NCBI GenBank assembly: GCA_016867415.1
Contig: VGJO01000001.1
Location: 7,823 to 71,822, forward strand
Reading direction: 5' to 3'
DNA length: 64,000 nucleotides
Origin: Candidatus Harrisonbacteria bacterium
GTDB taxonomy: Bacteria > Patescibacteriota > Minisyncoccia > UBA6257 > UBA11618
The notes beneath the pieces are model-generated. The model did no database searches. It saw nothing but the letters and a program-made list of their open reading frames with translations, and had not been told where the DNA came from. The position numbers and the translations under genes are program-made. Shown here in pieces: positions 1 through 9,862 of this stretch. Within the stretch, counting starts at the first letter, position 1. Every line of letters starts with the position of its first letter.

Positions 1-1634
1 GAATAATTCTTATCACTAATCTCTCGACCGAGGAAAGTCATCTCGTCGTTTAGATATGCCACAGGACCAATCTTCTCAGACATCCCGTACCGAGCGACTA
101 AGTCCCGCGCAAGCATCGCCGCCTTCTTCAAATCATTTGACGCTCCTGTCGACATATCAGAAAACACCGTCTCCTCAGCCGCGTACCCACCCATAATCAT
201 AGTAAGATCTGAAAGAAACTGGGATCGCGTCCGTAATCTGTTCTCTTCATTTGGTAGTTTCAAGGTATACCCCCCGGCAAACCCTCGCGACACGATCGAG
301 ACCTTATGCACCGGATCTGAGTTCTCAAGTGATGCTGCCACCAGTGCATGCCCTGCCTCATGATATGCGGTCACCTTTCGCTCCTTGTCCGATATGATCC
401 GCCCCTTCCGCTCGGGCCCAAGCATCACTTTCTCGACCGATTCAAGCAAATCCACCTCGCTCACTTTTTGCTTTCCTATCCGAGCTGCAAGAATCGCCGC
501 CTCGTTTGCAAGATTCGCTAAGTCCGCCCCCGAAAACCCTGGAGTCCGAATCGCCACTTTCCGAAGAGAAAGTCCCTCCTCAATTGGCTTCCCCTTCAAA
601 TGAATCGCGAGAATCTCCTCCCGATCGTTCATGTCCGGCATATCCAAAACTACCCGCCGATCAAACCGCCCTGGTCGAAGTAAAGCCGCATCCAAAACAT
701 CTGGCCTATTAGTAGCCGCGAGCACAATGAGCTGCGTATCCCGCTCAAAGCCATCCATCTCCGTCAGGATCTGGTTCAGTGTCTGCTCCCGCTCGTCATT
801 GCCACCCCCCATCCCCACGCCACGCTGCCGACCCACCGCATCAATTTCATCAATAAAAAGAATCGCTGGCGCCGCCTTCTTAGCTGTAGCAAAAGCGTCT
901 CTCGTCCGCGCCGCGCCCACTCCCACAAACATCTCCACAAACTCCGATGCCGAAATCGAAAAGAAGGGGACTCCGCTCTCTCCAGCCACCGCTCGTGCGA
1001 GCAATGTCTTCCCCGTCCCTGGCGCCCCTACTAGAAGCACCCCGCGCGGAATCTTCGCTCCCATATCCAAAAACTTCTTTGGATTTTTCAAAAAATCCAC
1101 CACCTCAAAAAGCTCCTGCTTAGCCTCCTTGAGCCCCGCCACCTCGGCAAATGTCGTCTGATCTTTCTCCCCACCCGCAAATAAGCGGATATTAGACCGA
1201 CCAAAAGTAAAGGCCTGCGCCGCCCCCTGCCGCGCCTGCCGAAAAAGAAACCAAAAGATGAGCCCCATCACAAGAAGTGGCAACAAAGTCGGCACCACAA
1301 TCTCCCAAAGAAAACGTGCTCCGCTCTCATCCTTCACTGAGATCACAACCTCGGAGAGTCGCTCCGGCGCTACTCCATAATTGCGAAAAGTCGTCGACAA
1401 AGCCTCACCTTCCTCCTTCCGCCCTGTCGCCTCAGATTCATCTTTCATAGTAAGTGACAAATTACTCCCCGATATTTCAATCGATTTCACCTGACTTGCA
1501 TTCACCGCCGCCGCAATCTCCGAAATTGAAAGCTTTTTTTGCTCCACCATCGTGGAAAAAAGCATGGAAAACAAATATGCCGCCAAAAATAATCCAAAAA
1601 TAGCCCACAAAAAATTCTTCGTCAGTATCTTCAT
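1..1634 (-). CDS. ftsH: ATP-dependent zinc metalloprotease FtsH (3' end outside window)
   Basis: Minus frame from ATG at 1634 ([16 protein letters not shown]...) has two TM segments, Walker A GAPGTGKT, Walker [38 protein letters not shown] and the HEAGH zinc motif; open to the window edge. Not in the ORF track because it is truncated. Confidence 0.97.
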   Translation of the reverse strand, partial: MKILTKNFLWAIFGLFLAAYLFSMLFSTMVEQKKLSISEIAAAVNASQVKSIEISGSNLSLTMKDESEATGRKEEGEALSTTFRNYGVAPERLSEVVISVKDESGARFLWEIVVPTLLPLLVMGLIFWFLFRQARQGAAQAFTFGRSNIRLFAGGEKDQTTFAEVAGLKEAKQELFEVVDFLKNPKKFLDMGAKIPRGVLLVGAPGTGKTLLARAVAGESGVPFFSISASEFVEMFVGVGAARTRDAFATAKKAAPAILFIDEIDAVGRQRGVGMGGGNDEREQTLNQILTEMDGFERDTQLIVLAATNRPDVLDAALLRPGRFDRRVVLDMPDMNDREEILAIHLKGKPIEEGLSLRKVAIRTPGFSGADLANLANEAAILAARIGKQKVSEVDLLESVEKVMLGPERKGRIISDKERKVTAYHEAGHALVAASLENSDPVHKVSIVSRGFAGGYTLKLPNEENRLRTRSQFLSDLTMIMGGYAAEETVFSDMSTGASNDLKKAAMLARDLVARYGMSEKIGPVAYLNDEMTFLGREISDKNY

Positions 1635-1874
1635 ATGTCGCCAATAATAAAATATTTTTGCTCAGAGGTCAAAATAAAAAATCACCACGACCTCCATCTC
1701 TCATCTACATTTACCCCAAGATCCGTTGACTCTTCCGCCACGACTTTCTGCAAATAATAGAAATTCCAAAAAAATCCGGCGGTAAGGGACTGCCCTCCTC
1801 GCGCATCTGTGACTTCCCTGAAGTCAGTTTTCTATAAAAAAACTAAAAACCTTATTTTACTTGCTAAAAAAGAT

Positions 1875-1905
1875 TGTCGCACAATATTAATAATATTGTG
1901 CGACA
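1875..1905. promoter_or_regulatory. Perfect 31-bp palindrome (candidate Xer binding/dif-like site or operator)
   Basis: TGTCGCACAATATTA-A-TAATATTGTGCGACA, 15-bp perfect arms, 35 bp upstream of the tyrosine recombinase start. Confidence 0.6.
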
Positions 1906-1940
1906 TTTTTTTAAAAAAAATGCTATCTTAAAGAAAAGAT

Positions 1941-2843
1941 ATGGGTCTCCGCCAAAGGTCCTCCCTCCGCGAACTCGCCGACGATTTTCTCACTCATCTC
2001 ACCTTAGAAAAAGGAAGGAGTAAAAAAACCATCGAAAATTACAATCGTTACCTCAACCACCTCTTCACTTTTACGGGAAGCGGTAAGGTAGGGGATATCA
2101 CCCTTGACTCAATCCGCCGCTTTCGCCTCCATCTAGAAAGTAAAGGCTTAAAAAAAATAACGCAAAACTACTATCTCATTGCCCTCCGCAGTTTCCTAAA
2201 GCATTTGCAAAAAAACGACCTCGACTGCCTCGCCCCCGAGAAGATTGATCTGCCCAAAGTCGAGTCCCGCACCCTCGACATCCTCCCCGTCCGCGACCTC
2301 GAACGCATTTTAGACTTCTTAAAGAAAAAAGATGATCTTATCGGCCGCCGCGACCACGCCTTAATCGAAACCTTCTTCTCTACCGGTCTTCGCCTCTCCG
2401 AGCTCGTCGCTCTCGACCGCTACCTTGACCTCGACCACCCCGAGCTCACTGTAAAAGGTAAAGGAGGCAAAGTCCGTCTCGTCTTCTTCTCTGATACGGC
2501 CATTACCGCAATTCGTCTCTACCTCGCGACCCGCGTCGACCTCGATCCCGCCCTCTTTATCTCAATAAAAGGCAAAAAAGTCTTAGGCCGCATCACCCCC
2601 CGCTCGGTGGAGCGCATCATCTCTCGCCGCGCCCGCGAAGCCGGCGTCATGCACCGCATCACCCCCCACATGCTCCGCCATGAATTCGCCACTGATCTCT
2701 TGAGTAACGGCGCCGACATCCGCTCCGTTCAGGAACTCCTGGGCCACAGCAGTATCACCACCACCCAGATCTACACCCACGTCACCAACCGCGCCCTAAA
2801 GCGCGTCCACACCTCCTACCACCGCCACCCCTCAGAAAAATAA
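1941..2843 (+). CDS. XerC/XerD-family tyrosine recombinase
   Basis: N-terminal SAM-like domain; catalytic motifs TGLRLSEL, KGKGGK, HMLRHEFAT, LLGHSSITTTQIYTH. Confidence 0.95.
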   Translation: MGLRQRSSLRELADDFLTHLTLEKGRSKKTIENYNRYLNHLFTFTGSGKVGDITLDSIRRFRLHLESKGLKKITQNYYLIALRSFLKHLQKNDLDCLAPEKIDLPKVESRTLDILPVRDLERILDFLKKKDDLIGRRDHALIETFFSTGLRLSELVALDRYLDLDHPELTVKGKGGKVRLVFFSDTAITAIRLYLATRVDLDPALFISIKGKKVLGRITPRSVERIISRRAREAGVMHRITPHMLRHEFATDLLSNGADIRSVQELLGHSSITTTQIYTHVTNRALKRVHTSYHRHPSEK

Positions 2844-2887
2844 TTTCTCTTTTTCACTAAAAAATGCTTAAATAACCTAGATTTTAC

Positions 2888-2968
2888 GGGCAGGTGGTGA
2901 AACGGCAGACACGCCAGCTTTAGGAGCTGGTGCCGCAAGGCGTGGAGGTTCAAGTCCTCTCCTGCCCA
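2888..2968 (+). tRNA. tRNA-Leu(UAG)
   Basis: GGGCAGG/CCTGCCC acceptor stem, anticodon arm CCAGC-TTTAGGA-GCTGG, long variable arm GCC-GCAA-GGC, GGTTCAAGTCC T-arm; CCA not encoded. Confidence 0.95.
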
Positions 2969-2992
2969 CAAAAAAAGTTTATTTAAAGAAAC

Positions 2993-3023
2993 AAAAAATC
3001 GCGCCTCACTGCGCGATTTTTTT
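2993..3023. terminator. Intrinsic terminator after tRNA-Leu
   Basis: AAAAAATCGCGC-CTCACT-GCGCGATTTTTTT hairpin with A and T tracts. Confidence 0.8.
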
Positions 3024-3062
3024 ACTGAATTTTCTTATAATACTGCACTTGGTAAAGACATA

Positions 3063-3184
3063 AGCACAGGATTTTTGAGAAGATTTTGGATTTTCTTTCT
3101 GAGTACGCATCGGAGCATACTAGTGCTCAAGTATGTGAGAAGCGAACGGAAGAAAAAAATTAAAAATCTTCCAAAATACCATCG
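3063..3184 (+). repeat. Dispersed hairpin element family 1, copy A
   Basis: GCACAGGATTTTT...GAGTACGCATCGGAGCATAC-loop-GTATGTGAGAAGCGAACGGAAG...AAAATACC; aligns by eye with copies at 12974, 23651, 52963. Confidence 0.85.
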
Positions 3185-3538
3185 TTAGCGTACACCAAAA
3201 AAACTTCGGATAACGGGGATAACTGAATAGGAAAGCAATGCCACTATTATACCAATAATCGCGTACGTTAAAATTTTTCTAGCGTCTTCCGTCTTTCCAT
3301 TTCCCAACCAGTTAGCGCTCACGAAGAGAAATGCGGAATAGAGAATCGCTCCCACTGCGATTGTGAGCACAAACACGCGAAAAAAAGCAATGATTCGATC
3401 AATAAGTGAAAGAAATGCTCTCTCATCTTGCACCACCACTTGCCCGCTACTATTAAACTGCCCTGGAAGCTGAGCCATCGCTAACATAGGAAGCACCAAA
3501 TAGGCGCTCGTCATCAAACTAAAAAAAAACTTTTTCAT
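3185..3538 (-). CDS. TrbC/VirB2-like pilin
   Basis: Signal peptide (..AMAQ) and two hydrophobic helices separated by a short basic loop (EDARKILTYAIIGIIVALLSY), typical of VirB2-like pilins. Confidence 0.75.
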   Translation of the reverse strand: MKKFFFSLMTSAYLVLPMLAMAQLPGQFNSSGQVVVQDERAFLSLIDRIIAFFRVFVLTIAVGAILYSAFLFVSANWLGNGKTEDARKILTYAIIGIIVALLSYSVIPVIRSFFGVR

Positions 3539-3646
3539 TAATATAGCAATGAAAGTCTACGACCTTTATTATTATTCTCATTATACCAAATCCTCCTCAC
3601 CTCGTTGTGGAAAAAATATTATTTATAAAAAAATCACATGTCGTCA

Positions 3647-3842
3647 CGCGAAGTAATTTTGAACTTCTTTTTGTTCTTCTTTCCTAAAAAGGTACTAAGA
3701 GCTACCTGCGGGAAGTTTATGAGAAACATCCTTAGAAAAAAAGATGGGCCTCCACTACTTCTAGATTAAAAAAAGAAGAAAGAGAAGCATCAGCTAAGAT
3801 GGGGTCGGCTACACAAGCAAAAGAAGGCAAAAGTATGAGCAC
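3647..3842 (+). repeat. Degenerate/expanded family 1 element
   Basis: Ends CGCGAAGTAATTTTG... and ...AAAAGTATGAGCAC match the ends of copy B (12974); interior diverged. Confidence 0.55.
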
Positions 3843-3858
3843 GTCGCAAACAGAGAAA

Positions 3859-4209
3859 TTAACCACACTTCACCTGATACCACGGATATGGACTCCCTCC
3901 AGTAATAGCAAGGAAAAAAGAAGAGATAATCACCCACGATGCCATCACAATAATAAGGCCAATTAGAGCTGTCTTAATAATATTTTTACCAGCTTTTATA
4001 CGCTCTTGTGATTCACCACTAGTGAGAATGACAAGACCGCCCCACATCATAAACATCCCGGCGAGAATAGGTGCCAACGTGGCAAAAAGTTTTATAAAGT
4101 TATCGAGAAGTTTCAGGAGATCACAAAGAGTGCAAAAAGCTTCTCCATTTGGCAAAGGCCGGCCAGAACACTTAGGAAGAAGAGGTCCGACAAATTGAAA
4201 AAGAAACAT
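3859..4209 (-). CDS. TrbC/VirB2-like pilin with N-terminal cysteines
   Basis: C..CTLCDL motif followed by 'WGGLVILTSGESQERIKAGKNIIKTALIGLIIVMASWVII', the pattern of CPR pilin-family proteins. Confidence 0.78.
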   Translation of the reverse strand: MFLFQFVGPLLPKCSGRPLPNGEAFCTLCDLLKLLDNFIKLFATLAPILAGMFMMWGGLVILTSGESQERIKAGKNIIKTALIGLIIVMASWVIISSFFLAITGGSPYPWYQVKCG

Positions 4210-4261
4210 TATATTTATAGTATATCACAAAAAAAATTGTAAAATGATATACTAAAGAAAG

Positions 4262-4846
4262 ATGAAATACTTTTCTTTTTTAGCTTTTTTTCTTTTTTTT
4301 ATTTCTTTCCAAGCAGTTTTTGCTGAATCATATTTTCCAGGAGGAAGTTCTGGTAGAAGACCTTTCCAAGAAGTTCGGAATCCAAAGTATGACACTTCGA
4401 AAAATAGATTTGTACCAGTACCACAGCAAGATCCTTGGTATATTCAGGTTCCTAACATCCCTACCACCCAGCAATCAGGGCCAATGGGACCGGGAGTATT
4501 TACTCCAGGAGCAGGGATGAATACTCCAGGAGCAGGGATAAATACTCCAGGAGCAGGGATGCAAGATATCAATCTCTCGCAATCATTCCCATATTCATTC
4601 TCTAATATCGGAGAGCTCGCAACTAAATTAGCGAATTTTCTCTTCCTCCTCGCCGCCCCCCTTGTGATTATTACTATTCTCTATGGTTCGTTTGTCTTAA
4701 TTTTCGCAGGAGCAATTCCTGCAAACATTAGTAAAGGATGGAGCATAATCCGTTACGCCGTTTTAGGCTACGTCATCATTGTTGTCGCTCGCCTCATCGT
4801 CTCCTTCATCACCACCTTCTTCGCCACTGCAAACTATCTAAGCTAA
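4262..4846 (+). CDS. Pilin-like (VirB2-type C-terminus) protein with repeat-containing N-terminal extension
   Basis: Signal peptide, TPGAG(M/I)N repeats, C-terminal 'AGAIPANISKGWSIIRYAVLGYVIIVVA'. Confidence 0.7.
   Translation: MKYFSFLAFFLFFISFQAVFAESYFPGGSSGRRPFQEVRNPKYDTSKNRFVPVPQQDPWYIQVPNIPTTQQSGPMGPGVFTPGAGMNTPGAGINTPGAGMQDINLSQSFPYSFSNIGELATKLANFLFLLAAPLVIITILYGSFVLIFAGAIPANISKGWSIIRYAVLGYVIIVVARLIVSFITTFFATANYLS
4501..4561 (+). repeat. 21-bp in-frame tandem repeat x~3
   Basis: TACTCCAGGAGCAGGGAT(G/A)AA units encoding TPGAGMN/TPGAGIN. Confidence 0.9.
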
Positions 4847-4878
4847 GCAATCTAAAGCAATATAGATTAAATAAAAAT

Positions 4879-6153
4879 ATGAAATGGAAGATAATTCTAT
4901 TTAGTGTATTTGGGTTAATAGCAATAACTTTACTCCTCGCATATTTGCAAATAATTCCCGGAATTTTCCGGAAGGACATCGAGCAGATCTCCCTCACCGT
5001 TGTCGGTCCGGAAGATAATCGTGCCATGTATGATGTCATTGATCTCTATCAAGCCGAGCACCCAAACGTAAAAATCACCTACCTTCAAAAAAATCCGGAT
5101 AATTACGAACAAGAGTTGCTAAATCTCCTCGCCTCCGGCGAAAAGGTAGACGCCATGTATTTCAAAAGTTCCTGGCTTTCCAAACATTTCAATAAAATCA
5201 TCCCAGCAAGAGAGGAGGAGATGACCCTTACCCGCTTCGAAAATATTTTCCCTACCGTAGTCCGCCAAGATTTTGCTCCTGACAACTATGTCTTTGGTCT
5301 TCCTCTCTATCTCGATACTCTGGGAGTCATCTACAACAAAAATCTCTTTGACGCCGCAAGTGTCGCCACTCGTCCCAAGACCTGGGTCGATTTCCAAGAT
5401 GCAATTCTCAAAGTCCGTAAACTCGGCAAGAAAAATATGATTGAAGTCGCCGGAGCCGCAATCGGCGGCAATGACACAAATACCCTCCGTGGACCCGAAG
5501 TCCTCCAGACGCTCATGATGCAATCTGGCGCCGTCATGGTAGATCGCGTGGGTGGGGGAGTCACTTTTGATCGCGAAGGTTTGCCCGGACTCAACTTCTA
5601 CCTTTCCTTCACTGACCCAAAAAACACCTACTATACCTGGAACTCAAAAGAGCTCGACGCCCCCACTCTCTTCTCCCAAGGTAAGCTCGGAATGCTCTTT
5701 GGTTACTTTGAAGACTACCGCACCCTCGCCCGCGCCTTCCCAAATATTGAGATAGGTTCTTTTGCCATGCCTCAACCCTTTAATACCGAGAAGCCTCTCA
5801 CTCTTGCTGATTACTATGGTCTCGCCGTCTCCGCCGCCTCCAAAAATCAAGCCGAAGCCTGGAAATTCATCGTCTTTGCCACCACTAATTCCTCCGCCAT
5901 CCAGAGCTACTTAAACGCCACCGGCCACATCCCCGCCCTCCGCGAATACTTGAGTCTCGCCGTCAACAATCCCGAAATGAGTGAGTTCGCTTCCCAAGCT
6001 TTAATAGCCCGAAGTTGGATCCGCCCCGATGACTCTGTCGTCCGCTCCGCCTTCAACAGGCTCATTCAAGAAGCCGGTAGTGGGAGAATTCGCGAAGATC
6101 AAGCCCTCGAACAAGCCGCCTCAACCATCTCCTCCTCCTTCCGCTATCAGTGA
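4879..6153 (+). CDS. Extracellular solute-binding protein (sugar ABC family 1-like), membrane anchored
   Basis: Likely start at MKWKII (4879) with an N-terminal TM; GLPLYLDTLGVIYNKNLF, FSQGKLGM and EAWKFI motifs of SBP_bac_1. Confidence 0.85.
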   Translation: MKWKIILFSVFGLIAITLLLAYLQIIPGIFRKDIEQISLTVVGPEDNRAMYDVIDLYQAEHPNVKITYLQKNPDNYEQELLNLLASGEKVDAMYFKSSWLSKHFNKIIPAREEEMTLTRFENIFPTVVRQDFAPDNYVFGLPLYLDTLGVIYNKNLFDAASVATRPKTWVDFQDAILKVRKLGKKNMIEVAGAAIGGNDTNTLRGPEVLQTLMMQSGAVMVDRVGGGVTFDREGLPGLNFYLSFTDPKNTYYTWNSKELDAPTLFSQGKLGMLFGYFEDYRTLARAFPNIEIGSFAMPQPFNTEKPLTLADYYGLAVSAASKNQAEAWKFIVFATTNSSAIQSYLNATGHIPALREYLSLAVNNPEMSEFASQALIARSWIRPDDSVVRSAFNRLIQEAGSGRIREDQALEQAASTISSSFRYQ

Positions 6154-6176
6154 CAGCCGCCGTTAGGCGGCTGTCA
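6151..6176. terminator. GC-rich perfect hairpin at end of SBP gene
   Basis: TGACAGCCGCC-GTTA-GGCGGCTGTCA; no clear U tract. Confidence 0.5.
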
Positions 6177-6200
6177 TCCCAGACTTGATCTGGGATCCAA
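6173..6200 (+). repeat. REP/RPE-like short palindrome (family 3)
   Basis: GTCATCCCAGACTTGATCTGGGATCCAA. Confidence 0.75.
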
Positions 6201-6275
6201 TCAATGTATTATTCCAAACACAAATATTCTGCTCGTTTCGCGAAGCGGATAATCAGAATATTTCCCTAATCTAAT

Positions 6276-6506
6276 TCAGTGCAACCCCGATCTCTTTCTT
6301 AATTTGTATGTATTTCCATATCTCAACAATCCCTTATACGAACTAACCCATCTTTCATTGTCATCCAACCTTACATTTCTTATCATCCTCCTTTTTGTCA
6401 CCGTCCGCAGCACTCGATGATCCGGAAAATGCACCCAGCCTAAAAAATCCACTCCCGCCGCCACGGTCCGAATAAAAACCTTATCTGGATAAAGATTAAA
6501 AATCTT
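6276..6506 (-). pseudogene. C-terminal remnant of a DGR-type reverse transcriptase
   Basis: Frame reads LYPDKVFIRTVAAGVDFLGWVHFPDHRVLRTVTKRRM...SYKGLLRYGNTYKL (RT7 'GVDFLG' plus thumb 'SYxGLL'); in-frame stop upstream at 6507-6509; no YxDD catalytic region. Confidence 0.8.
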
Positions 6507-6555
6507 TTACTCAGCCCGCCTACTTCACCGCCCCCAACTAATTCTGGCATCACAA

Positions 6556-6729
6556 GAAATTATCACCTTACCCCTGAATGACCTTCTGGAGAAAAGAAGT
6601 ATGGCTTTTTTATGGTGTTGTTTTATCCTCTTGTTCCCCAAAAACAACACCATGAAAAATTCTTTTTGAGGACTGAATGAAAGTCCGCAGGGACTTTCAT
6701 GTGTCATGAAGGGGTAAGGTGAGAATTTC
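6556..6729. repeat. Dispersed ~173-bp element family 2, copy 1 (MITE-like)
   Basis: Terminal IR GAAATTATCACCTTACCCCT/AGGGGTAAGGTGAGAATTTC (19/20) and two internal hairpins; homologous to 16201-16373 and 28729-28901. Confidence 0.85.
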
Positions 6730-6781
6730 AAAAAAACTATCCACCCGCGAAAGAAGAATAAAAAAAGGCTTTCGCCCTTTT

Positions 6782-9253
6782 TTATTCTTCTTTTCCGTTA
6801 ATTTCTTTTAAGCATATAGACCCGATAATATAATCTGCGTCGTTCAACGACATTAGTCGGACTCCCTGCGTCGCCCGCGACGCCTCCCGTACGCTCTCAA
6901 GGGTCGTCCGAATCATCTGCCCCTTCGCCGAGAGCACAAAAAGATCCTTCTCCTCGGTAATAAGATGCGCCGAAATCAATTTTCCCGTCTTATTGGTAAT
7001 CTTCGCCGTTAAGATTCCCGAGCCGCCTCTTCCTTGCGTCTTATACTCGCTCATCCTTGTCTTCTTCCCATACCCCTTATCCATAATCACGAGAAACTTG
7101 GCTTTCTTAGCTGCTTCTTTGTCAATCACAGTGAGCGAGCTCACCATGTCTCCCGCATGAAGCCGGATCCCCGTCACTCCCGCCGCTACTCTCCCCATTG
7201 CCCGGATATCATCCTCCGAAAATCGGATCGCCTGCCCAAGCACGGTTGTGAGCACCACCTCATCCTTCCCTGTTGATCGCTTCACAAAGTGGAGCATATC
7301 CCCCTCATGGAGACTGATCGCGATGATTCCGCCCCGCCGCACGTTGGCAAAATCCGACAACGCCGTCTTCTTTACGACTCCTTTTTCCGTCGTCATCACA
7401 AGATACCCATCTGATTCCTGATCCGAGTAAGAGACTAAAGCCGTCACCTCCTCTGAAGAGGGAATCTCAAGAAAGCTCTGAATTGCTTTTCCTTTTGAAG
7501 TCCGGAGCGCTACTGGAATCTCCCACACTTTGGTCTGAAAGACTCGTCCGCGGCTCGTAAAGAAAAGGATATTATCGTGCGTATTTGCGTGCGTGATATG
7601 TGAGATGAAGTCCTCCTCCGCTACCTCTGAGCCTATAAGCCCCTTCCCGCCCCGATGCTGTGATTTATATGTGTCCGGTGCTAGCCGCTTGATATACCCT
7701 CCGCGAGAAAGAGTGATAATCGCCTCCTCCTCCGCAATCAAGTCTGCCTCCGAAAATTCCTTAAGCCCCGACATGACGACCTTGGTCCGCCGTGCATCGG
7801 CAAATCGCTCCTTAAGATCCATCATCTCATCCTTGATGAGCGCCAAAATCTTTTTCTCACTTTTCAAAAGCGCTTCCAAGTCCGCAATCAGCTGATGCTT
7901 TTCCTTAAGTTCATCAATAATCTTTTGTACCTCGAGATTTGCGAGTGTTGAAAGCCGCATTTCAAGAATCGCCCCCGCCTGAATTTCCGTAAAGTCAAAC
8001 TTCTTCATGAGGTTAATACTCGCTTCCTCCCGATCCGCAGATTTCTTAATAGTCTTAATCACCGCGTCAATGTCATCGAGCGCCCGCTTGAGTCCCTCGA
8101 GAATATGAGCTCGCTCCTTTGCTTTTTTGAGATCAAACTCCGCCCGCCTGCGTACGACCACTTTCCTATGGCTAATATGCGCACCGATAATATCAAGAAG
8201 AGTGTGAATCCGTGGCTGGATCCCTTCATGAAGGGCCAGCATATTAAAGTGAAAACTCTTCTGCAAATCCGTGTGCTTATAAAGAAGATTGAGGATCTTC
8301 TGTGGCACCGCATCGCGCTTCAATTCAATCACGATCCGCACGCCATCCTTGTCTGTCTCATTACGCACATCCCGGATGCCCTCAATCTTCTTTTCATTGA
8401 CGAGCTCCGCGATCTTTATGAGAAAATCCGAAATATTCGTCTGATAGGGAAATTCCGAAATAATAATCTCCGAGTCCTCAATCTCCGTCACGCCACGGCA
8501 GACTACTGATCCGCGACCAGTGAGATACGCCTGCTGAATGTCTTTTTTATTGTAAATAATGCCTCCTGTAGGGAAATCTGGTCCCTTTACATATTGAAGT
8601 AAATCCTCGCCGGTACACTCTGGGTTTTCGATCATGTGTATAGTGGCATCGATTACTTCACCAAGATTGTGGGGCGGAATAGAGGTAGCCATTCCGACCG
8701 CAATACCAATACCACCGTTTATTAAAAGATTTGGCACCTTCGCTGGCAAAACTCTCGGCTCCTTGAGTCGTCCGTCATAATTATCTACCCAATCAACCGT
8801 CTCTTTCTCAATATCAATCAAGAGCTCCTCTGAGATCTTGCTCATCTTGCACTCGGTATACCGCATAGCGGCCGCGGCATCACCCTCTGGAGAGCCCCAA
8901 TTGCCCTGACCTACAAGAAGGGGATAACGTAGGGAAAAATCCTGCACCATTCTCGTTATCGTGTCATACACTGCCTGATCCCCATGTGGGTGATAGCTTC
9001 CAAGTACTTCTCCAACTACATTTGCCGACTTACGCAACTTGGCCGTGGAAGTAATCCCGAGACCCCACATCGCCCACAAGACTCTCCGGTGCACTGGCTT
9101 CATTCCATCTCGCACGTCAGGAAGCGCCCGCGAAACAATCACCGACATTGCATAGTCAAGATATGACTGTTTAAGCTCATCCGTAATCTCTCTTGGTTCA
9201 ATCCGTCCAAGAATAATCCCTTCCTCCTGCCCTTTTTCCTTCTTAATCGCCAT
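6782..9253 (-). CDS. gyrA: DNA gyrase subunit A
   Basis: SYLDYAMSVIVSRALPDVRDG, YHPHGD, AAMRYTE, GyrA-box QHRGGKG, C-terminal beta-pinwheel repeats. Confidence 0.98.
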   Translation of the reverse strand: MAIKKEKGQEEGIILGRIEPREITDELKQSYLDYAMSVIVSRALPDVRDGMKPVHRRVLWAMWGLGITSTAKLRKSANVVGEVLGSYHPHGDQAVYDTITRMVQDFSLRYPLLVGQGNWGSPEGDAAAAMRYTECKMSKISEELLIDIEKETVDWVDNYDGRLKEPRVLPAKVPNLLINGGIGIAVGMATSIPPHNLGEVIDATIHMIENPECTGEDLLQYVKGPDFPTGGIIYNKKDIQQAYLTGRGSVVCRGVTEIEDSEIIISEFPYQTNISDFLIKIAELVNEKKIEGIRDVRNETDKDGVRIVIELKRDAVPQKILNLLYKHTDLQKSFHFNMLALHEGIQPRIHTLLDIIGAHISHRKVVVRRRAEFDLKKAKERAHILEGLKRALDDIDAVIKTIKKSADREEASINLMKKFDFTEIQAGAILEMRLSTLANLEVQKIIDELKEKHQLIADLEALLKSEKKILALIKDEMMDLKERFADARRTKVVMSGLKEFSEADLIAEEEAIITLSRGGYIKRLAPDTYKSQHRGGKGLIGSEVAEEDFISHITHANTHDNILFFTSRGRVFQTKVWEIPVALRTSKGKAIQSFLEIPSSEEVTALVSYSDQESDGYLVMTTEKGVVKKTALSDFANVRRGGIIAISLHEGDMLHFVKRSTGKDEVVLTTVLGQAIRFSEDDIRAMGRVAAGVTGIRLHAGDMVSSLTVIDKEAAKKAKFLVIMDKGYGKKTRMSEYKTQGRGGSGILTAKITNKTGKLISAHLITEEKDLFVLSAKGQMIRTTLESVREASRATQGVRLMSLNDADYIIGSICLKEINGKEE

Positions 9254-9376
9254 AAAAATTAGGTAGCCCCATTATTACAAAAAAAACCTCTTTAGGCAAT
9301 CTACTCAAACCAATGCTTTATTAATCAAAAAAAGAATAAGTGGCCCAAACAGTAATAGTTTTTGAGAGTTTTCGGT

Positions 9377-9406
9377 TGTCATTCCGGCCTCCGAGCCGGA
9401 ATCCAG
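9377..9406 (+). repeat. REP/RPE-like short palindrome (family 3)
   Basis: TGTCATTCCGGCCTCCGAGCCGGAATCCAG, identical to 17880-17909. Confidence 0.85.
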
Positions 9407-9463
9407 TTCATTTCCTTTAAACTTCTTCTTAATATTATAAATCGAAAAAAGACCAAAAATTAT

Positions 9464-9862
9464 TTACGGAAGATTAGTATCTGGCACTTTCTCTAAACCA
9501 TCATAAGAAAAATCTAATTGATCAGCCTTCGGAAAAATCCGTGGACTTGATTTCTCAACGTTCACCTGTGGATCCAAAAAATCCTTAAAAAAAACAAAAC
9601 TATTCGCCAAGCCATAGCTTGTCGTCTCCGATATTTTTTGGAAACCAAAAGCTACAATTTTTACCGGATCCGGCCGCAGATCCGATTCCTTCACCACTCC
9701 ATTTTGGTCCGCCACCGCGAGCACCTTGTGATCCATCTGATAGAGGAAAATAACGAGCGCTAAAAGTCCTCCTAAAGTAGAAAAAGAGACAAGCCACAGC
9801 CACTTTGTCCTCTCATCCTGATCCCGCAACTCCTTTATATGCCGAATCACCGATCTCATCAC
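9464..9862 (-). CDS. Hypothetical single-pass membrane protein
   Basis: 132-aa ORF with a basic N-terminus (IKELRDQDERTK) and one TM helix. Confidence 0.7.
   Translation of the reverse strand: MMRSVIRHIKELRDQDERTKWLWLVSFSTLGGLLALVIFLYQMDHKVLAVADQNGVVKESDLRPDPVKIVAFGFQKISETTSYGLANSFVFFKDFLDPQVNVEKSSPRIFPKADQLDFSYDGLEKVPDTNLP

Noticed and set aside
385-1161. Plus-strand ORFs over ftsH, and similar antisense ORFs over gyrA, pnp, topA, uvrD and pilB
   Set aside because: Shadow frames opposite well-supported genes.
1941-2968. Recombinase next to tRNA-Leu as a prophage/island integrase
   Set aside because: The protein is XerC/D-like in size and motifs; I found no duplicated tRNA-Leu end or phage genes.
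6525-6731. Short ORFs over repeat elements and tRNA (also 12936-13163, 23500-23856, 33335-33565, 52897-53229)
   Set aside because: They coincide with palindromic repeats or tRNA antisense and show no protein-like features.
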